A stretch of 64,000 nt of DNA from Chitinophagales bacterium (GTDB lineage Bacteria; Bacteroidota; Bacteroidia; Chitinophagales; S012-47): the NCBI GenBank assembly GCA_015487695.1, contig WFPF01000130.1, positions 19,079-83,078 of the forward strand. Reading direction: 5' to 3'. Each line of letters starts with the position of its first letter. Within the stretch, counting starts at the first letter, position 1. Under the pieces are notes generated by a model. The model was given only the letters and a program-made list of their open reading frames with translations. It had not been told where the DNA came from and ran no database searches. Shown in pieces: positions 46,429 through 56,892 of the stretch. A program made the translations under genes and the position numbers.

Positions 46429-47367
46429 TCAGTCTTGTATTTGCACCCTTCTGAACCTGCGGTGGAAGAAAGTTGCGATACTCACACCGGAAATCAGATG
46501 CCAGATGCCCCACCAGGCAGCAATCATTGCCATGCCGCCCAATCCTTGAAAGAATGTGAAAATAAGTACCAGTGCCAGGCCCGAGTTTTGTATGCCCGTT
46601 TCGATGGTGATGGACTTGCGGTCGGGCAGGGGGAGTTTCATCCAGGAAGCCGCCAGCCATCCGATGGCAAAAGCCAGGGCATTGTGAATAAGCACAAGCC
46701 CGAAAACACGGTGGATGAAAGCCGTGAATATCTCGTAGTTGTTGGCAAATGCGATGATGACAAAAGCAGCAAAAGTAAGCAGTGAGAGCACACTGATCGG
46801 CCGCATAATTTTCAGCGTCAGTGCTTCAAAGCGATGATTGAACCACATGCCGGCAAGCAGGGGAATTCCCAGAATAAGCAAAACGGTAAAAATCATCTGA
46901 CCCGGCTCGATGGCAATCTCCGAGAGCAGGGCCCTTGTCGGGGGGTAAAGGCTGCTGTAAAATGTAAAATTGAGGGGTGTGAGAAAGATGGCCATGACCG
47001 TGGCAAATGCCGTAAGCCCCACGGAGAGGGCAATATTGCCACCGGCCAGCTTGCTCATGAAATTGCTCACATTGCCCCCGGGGCAGGCCGCAACGAGGAT
47101 CATACCCAGGGCCACGCTCGGCATGGGCTCTATGAGCCAGACAAGAAAAAAGGTAAATGCCGGCAGCAGCAGAAACTGCGCCACGATGCCGGTGATGAGC
47201 TTCCTGGGAGATTGCAGCAGTATCCTGAAATGAACAGGCTTGAGGTGCAGGGCCACGCCAAACATGATAAATGCCAGGCAGATATTGAGAATCAGCTGAC
47301 TTGAGCTGTCAAAGTTTAGTCGTACTGTATCCAGCGAGTCCAAAAAAATTGCCACACCCATTGTCAT
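46429..47367 (-). CDS. bile acid:sodium symporter (BASS) family transporter
   Basis: About 10 TM helices. LNICLAFIMFGVAL and GIQNSGLALVL motifs are typical of the SBF/BASS family. Confidence 0.85.
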   Translation of the reverse strand: MTMGVAIFLDSLDTVRLNFDSSSQLILNICLAFIMFGVALHLKPVHFRILLQSPRKLITGIVAQFLLLPAFTFFLVWLIEPMPSVALGMILVAACPGGNVSNFMSKLAGGNIALSVGLTAFATVMAIFLTPLNFTFYSSLYPPTRALLSEIAIEPGQMIFTVLLILGIPLLAGMWFNHRFEALTLKIMRPISVLSLLTFAAFVIIAFANNYEIFTAFIHRVFGLVLIHNALAFAIGWLAASWMKLPLPDRKSITIETGIQNSGLALVLIFTFFQGLGGMAMIAAWWGIWHLISGVSIATFFHRRFRRVQIQD

Positions 47368-47423
47368 GAGTGTGGCAAGATAGTTTACCCGGAGGATTTA
47401 AAAAAGTAAAATCGGCCGGCAGC

Positions 47424-47804
47424 TTATTTTGCTTCGCTGGCAGCTTCTTCCTTCTTCACACCGAGCACTTTTTCAATAACTTCCTCGAAAGTCGGTTTGG
47501 GCAATGCGCCCTGTGCCATTTGCGGTTGTCCTTCTTTCGGGATAAACAGCAGGGAAGGGATGGATCGGATGCCAAACATGGCAGCCAGTTCCTGCTCGGC
47601 TTCGGTATCTACTTTAAAGATTTCGATTTTGCCGTTGTATTCCTTTTCCAGCTCTTCCAAAACAGGCGCCACCATCTTGCACGGCCCACACCAGTCGGCA
47701 TAAAAGTCAATGATGGCGGGCTTTTCACCTGCATACTTCCATTCTTTGTTTTGCTCGTAGTCAAACACTTCTTTCTTGAAGCTTTCTTTCGTTAAATGTT
47801 TCAT
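47424..47804 (-). CDS. thioredoxin
   Basis: Active site FYADWCGPCKMVAP. Confidence 0.9.
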   Translation of the reverse strand: MKHLTKESFKKEVFDYEQNKEWKYAGEKPAIIDFYADWCGPCKMVAPVLEELEKEYNGKIEIFKVDTEAEQELAAMFGIRSIPSLLFIPKEGQPQMAQGALPKPTFEEVIEKVLGVKKEEAASEAK

Positions 47805-47942
47805 GTTAAAATTAAATTTAGATAATCACGACAGGCCCTGAGACCTGCCTTTGAAAATTTGCATCTAGAACCTCATCAAATGAATAAAGGTTCATATGAA
47901 TAAAAAATAGGGCTGATTTTCAGAAAAAGGTCGGGGCGAAGA

Positions 47943-49823
47943 CTAATTAGACCTCATTGCCTTGTCGATAACCTTCAATTTTTCCTCTACGATCAGCGCT
48001 TCCTGCCGGGCTCTTTCTATCTTTTTCTTTGCCTCGTCCAGCAATGGCGAGCTGCCCGATGCCACTGTGAAGAAGGAAATATTGGTTTCATATTGTCTGA
48101 TCAGTTCGCGGGTTCTGCGAAGCCGGTCTTTCAGGGCCCTTTGCTCCGATCGCAAATCTTTGTTGTTCATATGCCGGGTACTGAGCATTTCATCGACCTT
48201 GTTTTTGTAGCGTGCCACGCGCTTCTCTTCCTCTTTCATTCCCAGCTTGTTGTACGCTCCGTCAAGGGCCTTGCGAAAGAGGCGGTTCATTTCGTCTATT
48301 TTCTTCCTCGGGATGTGGCCAATGCTTTTCCAGCGCATGGTAAATGTACCCAAGCGTTCGAGGTCCGCTTCTTTGTCACTACCGGGCTCAAAGGATTCGA
48401 TTTCCTTAATCAGGGCCTCCTTGGCGGCCAGGTTTTCTTTGTACCGCTCATCGATGCTTCCAAAATAATTTTTCTTCCGTTCAAAAAATTCATCGCACAA
48501 AGCCCTGAACTCGGTCCAGAGGCGCTGCTCGTCTTTGCGGTCGGCCGGGCCGGCTTTTTTCCACTCTGCCTGCAATTTGATCATGGCCTCGGTAGCCGGC
48601 TTCCAGTCCTCGCTGTCTTTCCATTCAAGGGCCTTTCTGATGATTTCTTCTTTTTTCTCCCTGCTTTTGTTGCGTGCATCACGAAGCGTTTTGAAGTATG
48701 CTTTTTTGCGATCGAAGAACCTGTTGCAAGCTCCGCGAAAAGCTTCCCATACTTCATCATTTTGCGCTTGCGGAGCCCTGCCGATGCTGCGCCACTCCGC
48801 CTGCAGTTTTTGGATTTCCTCGGTATGCCGGGCCCACTTCTTGGGCGATTGCAGGTTCAGCTCGCTGATTTCCTGTGCTTTCCTCAGCAGTACTTTTTTC
48901 TTTTCCAGGTTTTCCACCTGTTTTTCCCGCAGCTGATCGTAGTGCTGCCTTAATTTTTCATAGACCTTGTGGGTAGCTTCGCGGAAAGCATCTCTCACTT
49001 CCTCCCAGTTCTCCTGGGGCACGGGGCCGGCTTCTTCCCATTCCTCTTGGTACGATTTTACCATCATCTCCATGCGCTTGATCGACTTTTCCCCGGTCAG
49101 CGCCTTCATATGCTCTACCAGCTTTTGCTTCTTCTCCAGGTTCTTGTGCAGGTCAAGCTCTTTCAATCCTTTGATGATGCTCAGCGTATAGTTGAACCGC
49201 TCCACCTCAAAACTGTACTCGCTTTGCAGATCGCGGTATTTTGCTGCCGGCACATTACCAATGTTCTTCCACTTTCTCTGCAGCGTTCTGAATTTGTTGA
49301 TCGCCTGGCCGATATTCTGTTCCTCGGTGATGATTTCCCGCAGGCCTTCTATCACCTTCTTCTTTTCCTCGTAGTTTTTTTCTTCTTCCTCCCTGACGTG
49401 TGCCCTGTATTTCTCCAGCCGCTCATTAAAGATTCCCATCAGCTCCCGGAAACGCTGCTCCAGGGCATTCAGCGCTTCCGGGCTCATAGCTTCGGCTTGC
49501 TCCCTCTCGGCATGACTTTCTTTGCCGGCATCGGCTGTTGCCGTTTCCATTCCGGGACTTTCCGCTTCTTTTTCTTCGGTTTCGGGCAGCGCTTCCCCTG
49601 CTTTTTCCTCTTCCTGCGCCTCGGCAGGCAAAACCGAAACTTCTGCGGACTCTTCCTCCCCGCTGCGCTCATGGAGTTCCTCTTCCGCATCCAGCTGTCG
49701 GTGACGGGCTTCCTCAAGGGCTGCTCTTATCTGATCCTCAACGTGATGCACCTCCTCAATGATCTCACTGATCGGTTTGTCTCTGAGCAATTCTTCCAGC
49801 TTTTTAATCAATTCCGCTTTCAT
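47943..49823 (-). CDS. DUF349 repeat protein
   Basis: Multiple repeats of the type W..iG.vp....e.lw..F...cd.Ff..k, for example AEWRSIGRAPQAQNDEVWEAFRGACNRFFDRKK. E/K-rich. Confidence 0.85.
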   Translation of the reverse strand: MKAELIKKLEELLRDKPISEIIEEVHHVEDQIRAALEEARHRQLDAEEELHERSGEEESAEVSVLPAEAQEEEKAGEALPETEEKEAESPGMETATADAGKESHAEREQAEAMSPEALNALEQRFRELMGIFNERLEKYRAHVREEEEKNYEEKKKVIEGLREIITEEQNIGQAINKFRTLQRKWKNIGNVPAAKYRDLQSEYSFEVERFNYTLSIIKGLKELDLHKNLEKKQKLVEHMKALTGEKSIKRMEMMVKSYQEEWEEAGPVPQENWEEVRDAFREATHKVYEKLRQHYDQLREKQVENLEKKKVLLRKAQEISELNLQSPKKWARHTEEIQKLQAEWRSIGRAPQAQNDEVWEAFRGACNRFFDRKKAYFKTLRDARNKSREKKEEIIRKALEWKDSEDWKPATEAMIKLQAEWKKAGPADRKDEQRLWTEFRALCDEFFERKKNYFGSIDERYKENLAAKEALIKEIESFEPGSDKEADLERLGTFTMRWKSIGHIPRKKIDEMNRLFRKALDGAYNKLGMKEEEKRVARYKNKVDEMLSTRHMNNKDLRSEQRALKDRLRRTRELIRQYETNISFFTVASGSSPLLDEAKKKIERARQEALIVEEKLKVIDKAMRSN

Positions 49824-49937
49824 TTTTTCTCCTGTCCCCTTTTCGGTATTTTTATTGGTGCTGCGAAATTACTAAATCCCTTGTTTTTCAATATTTTCAA
49901 AGCAGAAACTTCTGAAATTCGGAGGTGCACCACTCCT

Positions 49938-51206
49938 ATGAAAAAACAGCTCCTGACCGCTCTTCTCTTTCGCTTGGCGCCACTGCTTTTGTGCGCGCTT
50001 CTATTCTTCCCTCCAATGCCTGCATCTGCCCAGCCATATTTCAATTCCTTCCGCCCCGATGACAGCCTGGCCAAAAAGCTCGTCATTCCATTTAAAGCTA
50101 CGCAAAACCTGATACTCATCCCGCTTTTCCTCAATCACTCGGACACCCTGTGGTTCATCCTCGATTCCGGTGTCCGCAATACCATTCTTTTCCGGATGCC
50201 GGAGAAAGATTCGCTGCAAATGACGGGCAGCCGTGTGCTTCAGATCGGGGGACTGGGCACGGGCGAAAACGTAAGCGTATTGCACACCTACAACAACATC
50301 ATACAGATCCCCGGTATCACGGGAATGAACCAGGATGTGCTGCTGGTAAATGATTCGACCTTTAAAATCAAAAACAGATTGGCCGTCAAGGTACATGGCA
50401 TCATCGGCTACGCCCTATTCAAAGACTTTATTGTAGAGATCAATTATCCCGCAGAAAGGCTGACCCTGTACCGGCCCTCCGCCTTCAGGCCAAAAGGACG
50501 GGGCCGTGAACTGGAATTCGAGCTGATTGATCAAAAGCCCTTCATTGAGGTGCCCGTCACCTTCTCGCATGGCAAAAGCAGCCTCCACAAGCTGCTCCTG
50601 GATTCGGGAGCGGGGTTTTCCGCAGCCTTATTTTTGAGCGGGCAGGAACGCAAAGCCATTGGGTCTTCCGGTATTTACGGCACACTGGGCTACGGGCTCA
50701 ACGGACATATGAAGGGCTATCTCTCAAGGATAGAGGCTCTGCAACTGGGGCCCTACCTTATACGAAATCCCCTCATCACTTTTCCCGACAGCATGGCGAC
50801 AGGCAAAGGCCGCCTGCCGGAATATCACATTGGTATTATTGGCATGGACATCCTGAAACGCTTTCACCTCACGATCAGCTATCCGGATCAGAAAATCTGG
50901 CTGAAAAAGAATCGCATGTTTCGAAATCATTTCCTCTACAACAGCAGCGGCATAGAAATAGAACGGCCCTTCGAGAATCTGCCTCTTTATATGGTGAAGG
51001 AGGTCAGGCAGGGGTCTGTTGCGGCACGGGCAGGTATCCTGCCGGGAGATCAGCTGGTAGAGGTCAACGGCAAGGAATCCAAAGAGATGGAGCTCAGCGA
51101 ACTGATCGGACTCTTTTCGGGCAGGCCCCACAAAAGGCTGAAGATCACCGTACTGCGAAACGGAGAGGAACTGCACTTCCGTTTTCGCATCCCCGATGAA
51201 CTCTGA
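49938..51206 (+). CDS. secreted retropepsin-like aspartyl protease with a C-terminal PDZ domain
   Basis: Signal peptide MKKQLL...MPASAQ. Two DSG motifs (FILDSGVRNT, LLLDSGAGFS). PDZ-like GSVAARAGILPGDQLVEVNG. The upstream 323 codons of ORF-track 48969..51206 are antisense to the DUF349 gene and are not coding. Confidence 0.8.
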   Translation: MKKQLLTALLFRLAPLLLCALLFFPPMPASAQPYFNSFRPDDSLAKKLVIPFKATQNLILIPLFLNHSDTLWFILDSGVRNTILFRMPEKDSLQMTGSRVLQIGGLGTGENVSVLHTYNNIIQIPGITGMNQDVLLVNDSTFKIKNRLAVKVHGIIGYALFKDFIVEINYPAERLTLYRPSAFRPKGRGRELEFELIDQKPFIEVPVTFSHGKSSLHKLLLDSGAGFSAALFLSGQERKAIGSSGIYGTLGYGLNGHMKGYLSRIEALQLGPYLIRNPLITFPDSMATGKGRLPEYHIGIIGMDILKRFHLTISYPDQKIWLKKNRMFRNHFLYNSSGIEIERPFENLPLYMVKEVRQGSVAARAGILPGDQLVEVNGKESKEMELSELIGLFSGRPHKRLKITVLRNGEELHFRFRIPDEL

Positions 51207-51305
51207 ATCTGCCTGCCTTTAAATTATTTTACCAGGCCTTGTAACTTTTACAACAGGAAGCCCGTAGAGAGGCATGTAGCCATTACCAAACTTAAATTCA
51301 CCCCG

Positions 51306-52019
51306 ATGAAAAAGCTATTAATAATCTGTATAGCAATCGTCTCTTATCAGTTTCACCTTTCCGCACAACAACTTACTGCCGGTCCCGTCATGGGGCTGAA
51401 CTACAATTCCATCCAAATGGATGAATCCTTCGTGGTCAACGACATTGATTACACTTTCAAGACAGACGGTGGAGGAGTAGGCCTGATGGCCGGGGCCTTT
51501 GTAAACTTCAACTATCGCAACTTCTTTACCGAATCAAGGCTCACTTTCGCCCAGGAACGATCCACCGCACATTTTTCAGACCAATACAGCAGCCGCGAAC
51601 AGGTCATCCATCTGAACAAAGTCTATCTGCCCGTAAAGCTGGGTTACAAAATCAAAAACACATACAATGTATTTGGCGGCCTGCAGTGGAGCCATTATGT
51701 CGATGGATCCATGGTTCCTGCCAATACGGCCCTCTATGTTGCCTACGACAACACCGTGAACACCAACAGCTTCGGTTTCTTTCTCGGATTCGGAGTTCAG
51801 ATCAGCAAATTCAACCTTAACTTAAACTACAGCGGCAACTTCAACGAAGCCGGCATTCAGGCCAACTACAAAAGACAAAGCCTTCCATTTAAAACCCGCG
51901 ATCAGCTCTTCAACCTGACATTGAGCTACAATATCGTAGATCGTATTTTCAAAAAAGAAGACGAAAAAGAAGAAGAACTGCCCTTTGATCCGAAAGAGGT
52001 ACTGGTTACGGATGATTAA
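51306..52019 (+). CDS. outer-membrane beta-barrel (porin-family) protein
   Basis: Signal peptide MKKLLIICIAIVSYQFHLSAQ, beta-strand periodicity, acidic C-terminal tail. Confidence 0.7.
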   Translation: MKKLLIICIAIVSYQFHLSAQQLTAGPVMGLNYNSIQMDESFVVNDIDYTFKTDGGGVGLMAGAFVNFNYRNFFTESRLTFAQERSTAHFSDQYSSREQVIHLNKVYLPVKLGYKIKNTYNVFGGLQWSHYVDGSMVPANTALYVAYDNTVNTNSFGFFLGFGVQISKFNLNLNYSGNFNEAGIQANYKRQSLPFKTRDQLFNLTLSYNIVDRIFKKEDEKEEELPFDPKEVLVTDD

Positions 52020-52045
52020 AAGCAATATTCTGAGATTGGGTGAAC

Positions 52046-52073
52046 GGCAGGTCTGTAAAGGCCTGCTTTTTTT
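52046..52073 (+). terminator. rho-independent terminator
   Basis: Stem GCAGG / CCTGC (52047-52051 and 52062-52066) followed by T7 (52067-52073). Short stem. Confidence 0.45.
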
Positions 52074-52164
52074 ATGCATAAAAAAAGAGCGAGAAGCAAT
52101 TTAGAACTACTCCCCGCCCTTCGCCTGATTGACCACAATCGGTTAACCCTAAAACTATGAAACC

Positions 52165-52374
52165 CTATATTTTGCGCTTTTTGGTGTTGATTCCCAGCAA
52201 TTCATACACCGGGTCCCAACCCAAAATACCTGTCAGGAAAAAGTATACACCTATAATCCAAAACAATTTTATTTGAAGGAGCACACCCAGAATCATGAAG
52301 ACCATCAGAATGACATAACGCACTACGACATCGACCATATTCATGTTGTTCTCAAAGGCTTCCTTCTTTTTCAT
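52165..52374 (-). CDS. DUF2892 (YgaP-like) small membrane protein
   Basis: Two TM helices and C-terminal LTGILGWDPVYELLGINT, similar to the DUF2892 tail. Start taken at ATG 52374. Confidence 0.65.
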   Translation of the reverse strand: MKKKEAFENNMNMVDVVVRYVILMVFMILGVLLQIKLFWIIGVYFFLTGILGWDPVYELLGINTKKRKI

Positions 52375-52538
52375 AGCGATACAAAGAAATGCAAGATTTG
52401 ATTTGATGGGGGTGACCTGCGTCAATTCCGGGGGTGATTTATGTCACCCTTTTCCGCATTTCATGATCCGGGAAGAAGCCGGCCCTTAAAATCGGGTCTC
52501 TAATAAAATAAATGGAGCTATCCCTGTAAATTAGCCCC

Positions 52539-54686
52539 ATGCAAAAAACATTTCTTATTTTTCTCCTTCTGATCGGTAGTCTGGTCGCTGCACAGGAGAA
52601 AACTTTTACGCTCAGGGAAATCAGCAACAATTCTTCTCTCTACCCCCAACGCCCTGCCCAGCTAAAATGGGTGGACAGCAGGTATTTTAGCTATATCGAC
52701 AGCAGCGGGGAGAAGCTTTACCGTGTTTTGGCAAAAAAGAGTGAAAAAAGCCTGCTGATTGACCTTCCTTCCCTCAAAAAAATGATTCCCGATTCGCTGG
52801 CTGCGCTGGCGCGTTTCCCGGAGCTTCACTGGCAAGATGGCAGCAGTTTCTCGTTTCTGCACGATGGCTATCTTTTTTCTTTCCGCAACGGAGTGGACAC
52901 ACTTCGCTGGGAGGCCCGCTATGACAGTGAAACCCAAGCGCGGGAGATCTCAGACAACAATCACATGGCCTATGTCAAAGACTACAACCTCTATATCTGG
53001 AAGAACCGGACAAAGAAGGCCATTGCAGTAAGCCATGACGGGAGCCGCGAACTGCAATACGGACTGGCAGCCAGCCGCTACGAATTCGGAATCCGCAAGG
53101 GCCTCTTTTGGTCTCCTGACGGGCAGAAGCTGGCCTTTTATCGTATCGATCAGTCGCATGTGAGCGATTATCCGCTGACAGACTACCATAAAGTGCCGGC
53201 AGCTCCAGTCCCGGTAAAATATCCGATGAACGGAGACAGCAGCGAGCACGTGGACATTGGCATTTATGACGTGAGCAGCGGGCGGCTGGTATATCTTGAA
53301 TCGAAAGGCCCCTATGATCAGTATCTGACCAATATTACCTGGAGCCCCGGTGGCAACTATCTCTATGTGGCTGTAGTGAACCGCGAACAAAATGAAATGC
53401 AATTGCAGCAGTTTGATGCGCGCAGCGGCATTTTTATCAAAACCCTCTTCACGGAGAAAAATGAAAAATATGTAGAACCCGAGCACGGCCCCCGCTTTCT
53501 GAAAAAATCTCCTGATAAATTTATCTGGTTCAGCGAAAGAGACGGCCACCAGCATCTCTATCTCTACAACACATCGGGACAGTTGCTGGCTCAGTTGACA
53601 AAGGGCCCCTTTGAGGTTACCCGGATCATCGGGCTGGATGCTGCCGAACATTATCTCTACTACCAAAGCACCGAATCTTCACCACTGAACCGCCAGGTCT
53701 ACCGCCTCGATCTTCGCAATGGTGAGAAAACAGCGCTCAGTTCGGGAGATGGTTTTCACGATGCCCTTCTCAGCCCTACCGGCTACTATCTGCTCGAGAC
53801 TTTCGAGGGCCCCGAGACGCCCTGGCAGATCACTCTTTACCGCAGTGCAAAGAAATTGAAAGAACTACCCTTCCGCTATGCCGCCCCCAATCCGCTGGCA
53901 GGCTACTCTCTCGGAAAGACAGATATCCTGACCCTGAAAGCAGACGATGGCACCCCGCTCTACGCAAGGCTCATCAAGCCGGCAGATTTCGACCCTGCAA
54001 AAAAATATCCCGTGATGGTCTATGTCTACGGAGGACCGCATGTGCAGCTGGTGCGAAATAGCTGGCTCTACGGTGCCCAGCTCTTTCTCCATTACATGAG
54101 CCAGCAGGGATATATCGTCTTTACTTTGGACAACCGGGGCAGTGCCAACCGGGGCCTTGAATTTGAGCAGGCTATTTTCAGACAAATGGGCACCCTCGAA
54201 ATAGAAGACCAAGAAGCGGGTGTGGAATATCTGAAATCGCTTCCCTATGTCGATGCGGAGCGCATGGCCGTCTTCGGATGGAGCTACGGAGGATACATGA
54301 GCACTTCACTTATGCTTCGCAAACCGGGGCTCTTTCAGGTGGGCGTGGCCGGTGGGCCGGTTTGCAACTGGCGATACTATGAGGTCATGTACGGTGAACG
54401 GTACATGGACCGTTATTTCGAGAACCAAGAAGGCTTTGAAAAATCGCGTCTGGCCAATTATGCCAAAGATCTTGAGGGATCGCTTCTTGTCATTCACGGC
54501 CTGCAGGATGCCACGGTTGTGCCCCAGCACAGCATGGAGCTCATGAATGCATTCATCGAAGCCCGGAAAGTCGTTCACTTTTTTGCTTATCCGGATCATC
54601 CCCACAATGTTCGCGGTCCGGACCGGGAACACCTCTACCGGATCATTGAAGACTTCATAAACACACAATTAAATATTCACCATTAA
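52539..54686 (+). CDS. S9-family dipeptidyl peptidase IV-like serine peptidase
   Basis: DPPIV N-terminal propeller region, catalytic GWSYGGY, and C-terminal D/H (HGLQDATV, HPHNV). Confidence 0.9.
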   Translation: MQKTFLIFLLLIGSLVAAQEKTFTLREISNNSSLYPQRPAQLKWVDSRYFSYIDSSGEKLYRVLAKKSEKSLLIDLPSLKKMIPDSLAALARFPELHWQDGSSFSFLHDGYLFSFRNGVDTLRWEARYDSETQAREISDNNHMAYVKDYNLYIWKNRTKKAIAVSHDGSRELQYGLAASRYEFGIRKGLFWSPDGQKLAFYRIDQSHVSDYPLTDYHKVPAAPVPVKYPMNGDSSEHVDIGIYDVSSGRLVYLESKGPYDQYLTNITWSPGGNYLYVAVVNREQNEMQLQQFDARSGIFIKTLFTEKNEKYVEPEHGPRFLKKSPDKFIWFSERDGHQHLYLYNTSGQLLAQLTKGPFEVTRIIGLDAAEHYLYYQSTESSPLNRQVYRLDLRNGEKTALSSGDGFHDALLSPTGYYLLETFEGPETPWQITLYRSAKKLKELPFRYAAPNPLAGYSLGKTDILTLKADDGTPLYARLIKPADFDPAKKYPVMVYVYGGPHVQLVRNSWLYGAQLFLHYMSQQGYIVFTLDNRGSANRGLEFEQAIFRQMGTLEIEDQEAGVEYLKSLPYVDAERMAVFGWSYGGYMSTSLMLRKPGLFQVGVAGGPVCNWRYYEVMYGERYMDRYFENQEGFEKSRLANYAKDLEGSLLVIHGLQDATVVPQHSMELMNAFIEARKVVHFFAYPDHPHNVRGPDREHLYRIIEDFINTQLNIHH

Positions 54687-54696
54687 GACCATTGTT

Positions 54697-56841
54697 ATGA
54701 GAATAATCAAAAAAACTCTGTTCCTGTGTACGGCCCTTTTCTTTATGCTGCCCCGCCTTGCGGCAGACGAAGGCATGTGGCTTCCCATTTACCTCCGCCT
54801 TATCAGCGGAGACATGCAAAATTCAGGGCTGCACCTCAGTGCAGATGATATCTACAGCATAAACCATTCAAGCATCAAAGACGCGGTCATTTCCATGGGT
54901 GGATTCTGCACGGCCGAAATCGTTTCGGAAAAGGGTCTGGTATTCACCAATCACCACTGCGGCTATGATGCCATTGCCGGGCTGAGCACGGAAGACAACA
55001 ACCTCGTTGACAACGGATTCTGGTCATCCGATTTTCAGGAAGAAAAGCCCGTGGAAGGACTCTATATGTCCATTTTGCAGTATATGGAGGATGTATCGGA
55101 TCTGGTAAATCGATCGCAGGACCCCGATGCCACCATTGATTCGATCATCAAATCCGTCAGCAGCAGCGATTTCATTGAAGCAGAGGTAGCCAGCATGTTT
55201 TACGGCAAGGAACACTATCTCATGGTCTACAAGGTCTATCGCGACATTCGCCTCGTAGCCGCCCCGCCCAACTCCATCGGAAGTTTTGGCGGAGAAACAG
55301 ACAACTGGATGTGGCCGCGCCACACGGGTGATTTTTCCATCTTCAGAATATACACCGGTGCAGACAACGAACCGGCCGAATACAGCCCCGACAATGTGCC
55401 ATTCCGTCCGGCCCATCACCTTCCCATCTCGCTGAAGGACAAAAAAGAAGGCGACTTTACCATGATCATGGGCTTCCCCGGCAGCACCCAGCGATATCTT
55501 CCCGTGTCTTCCATCGAAAACATCATTGGCGTAGATTACCCCATCTACGTGAAGGCTCTGAGCGAACGGCTTCGCATCATGAAAAGCTTCATGGACAAGA
55601 AAAAATCGACAGAACTGGCGCTCACCTCCGATTACGAATCGCTTTCGAACAGCCGGAAGTACTTCTTCGGAGTCGTAGACCGGGCTGCCAAATCCGATTT
55701 TCTGGAAAAGAAAAAGGCTTATGAAACTTCATTTCTGCAGTGGACCGGCCTCGACACTGCGCGGGAGCGCAAATACGGGTCTCTGCTCGCCAATATTCAA
55801 AACCTGGATACCGCGTACATCAATCTGGATATTACCACGGACTACCTGAATCTGGCCGGTTTCGCCCCTCAAATGGTGCTCTTCGGAATTCAGTTCTTCC
55901 GTTTGGAGCGCATGCTCAAGGCCGGTGCTCCGGAATCCGTCATTGAAGAATTTAAAAGTGAGATGGAAAACAGCATCAACGAACACTTCGATGAATATTA
56001 TCCGCGCATTGATGAAGAAATACTCGCAAGCATGGCGCGCCTGCTCTACAACGGCCTGCCCGATGACCCCGAGTACCGCCCTTCGGTCTTTAGCGATGAC
56101 TGGTTTTTGAAATTGAAAGACAAGGGCCGCAAAGACCGCTTCGATCGTATGGCACGGCTGATTCGCAAGAAATCAATACTGACCGACAGAAAGCGGGCGC
56201 TGGCTTTCATTGCAAATCCCGATACGCTGACACTTGAAAACGATCCGGGTATGCGATACACCAACAGCTTGATCGACCTCTATCTGAAACACAATGCATT
56301 GTCGGGAATGATCAGCAGCATGCGCGAACAACTGATGGCAGAATATGTGGAGGGTCGAAGGCTCTTTGACTCTACAAAATTTTACTATCCGGATGCCAAC
56401 TCGACCGAAAGGCTCACCTTCGGTGTTATCAAACCCTATGTGGGCGATGGCGGGAAAAAATACAAAGCCTTTACGACCCACTATGGCATTCTGGCTAAAG
56501 AAATTCCCGGGGATGAAGAGTTTGATGTAGATCCCAAGCTGAAATCCCTGCTGGTGAACAAGGACTTCGGGCCTTACGCTCAAAATGACACACTGACCAT
56601 TTGTTTTCTTCACAATACGGACATCACGGGAGGCAACTCGGGCAGTCCGGTATTGGATGGCGATGGGAACCTCATCGGCATTGCCTTTGACGGCAACTGG
56701 GAAGGCATGCTCTCCGATTTATACTTCGAAGAATCGGTGACACGAACAATCAGTGTCGATATTCGCTATGTGCTTTTTGTAATCGACAAATTCGGGGAAT
56801 GCAGCCACATCATGAATGAGCTGGACATCGTGAAAGAATAG
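54697..56841 (+). CDS. S46-family dipeptidyl peptidase (DPP7/DPP11-like)
   Basis: Mature N-terminus ADEGMWLP, His TNHHCG, catalytic Ser ITGGNSGSPVLD. Confidence 0.9.
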   Translation: MRIIKKTLFLCTALFFMLPRLAADEGMWLPIYLRLISGDMQNSGLHLSADDIYSINHSSIKDAVISMGGFCTAEIVSEKGLVFTNHHCGYDAIAGLSTEDNNLVDNGFWSSDFQEEKPVEGLYMSILQYMEDVSDLVNRSQDPDATIDSIIKSVSSSDFIEAEVASMFYGKEHYLMVYKVYRDIRLVAAPPNSIGSFGGETDNWMWPRHTGDFSIFRIYTGADNEPAEYSPDNVPFRPAHHLPISLKDKKEGDFTMIMGFPGSTQRYLPVSSIENIIGVDYPIYVKALSERLRIMKSFMDKKKSTELALTSDYESLSNSRKYFFGVVDRAAKSDFLEKKKAYETSFLQWTGLDTARERKYGSLLANIQNLDTAYINLDITTDYLNLAGFAPQMVLFGIQFFRLERMLKAGAPESVIEEFKSEMENSINEHFDEYYPRIDEEILASMARLLYNGLPDDPEYRPSVFSDDWFLKLKDKGRKDRFDRMARLIRKKSILTDRKRALAFIANPDTLTLENDPGMRYTNSLIDLYLKHNALSGMISSMREQLMAEYVEGRRLFDSTKFYYPDANSTERLTFGVIKPYVGDGGKKYKAFTTHYGILAKEIPGDEEFDVDPKLKSLLVNKDFGPYAQNDTLTICFLHNTDITGGNSGSPVLDGDGNLIGIAFDGNWEGMLSDLYFEESVTRTISVDIRYVLFVIDKFGECSHIMNELDIVKE

Positions 56842-56859
56842 TCCGTAAATGAAAGTGAG

Positions 56860-56892
56860 AAAAAGCGGTTCCCTGCGGGATCGCTTTTTTTT
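56860..56892. terminator. bidirectional rho-independent terminator between convergent genes
   Basis: A5, then GCGGTTCCC-tgc-GGGATCGC (bulged stem, 56865-56884), then T8. The T-run overlaps the arginase-family stop codon. Confidence 0.6.

Noticed and set aside
48969-49937. The first 323 codons of the 745-aa ORF 48969..51206 (plus strand)
   Set aside because: This part is antisense to the DUF349 gene and is an F/L/P-rich low-complexity mirror of its E/K-rich codons. The real gene starts at ATG 49938 with a signal peptide.
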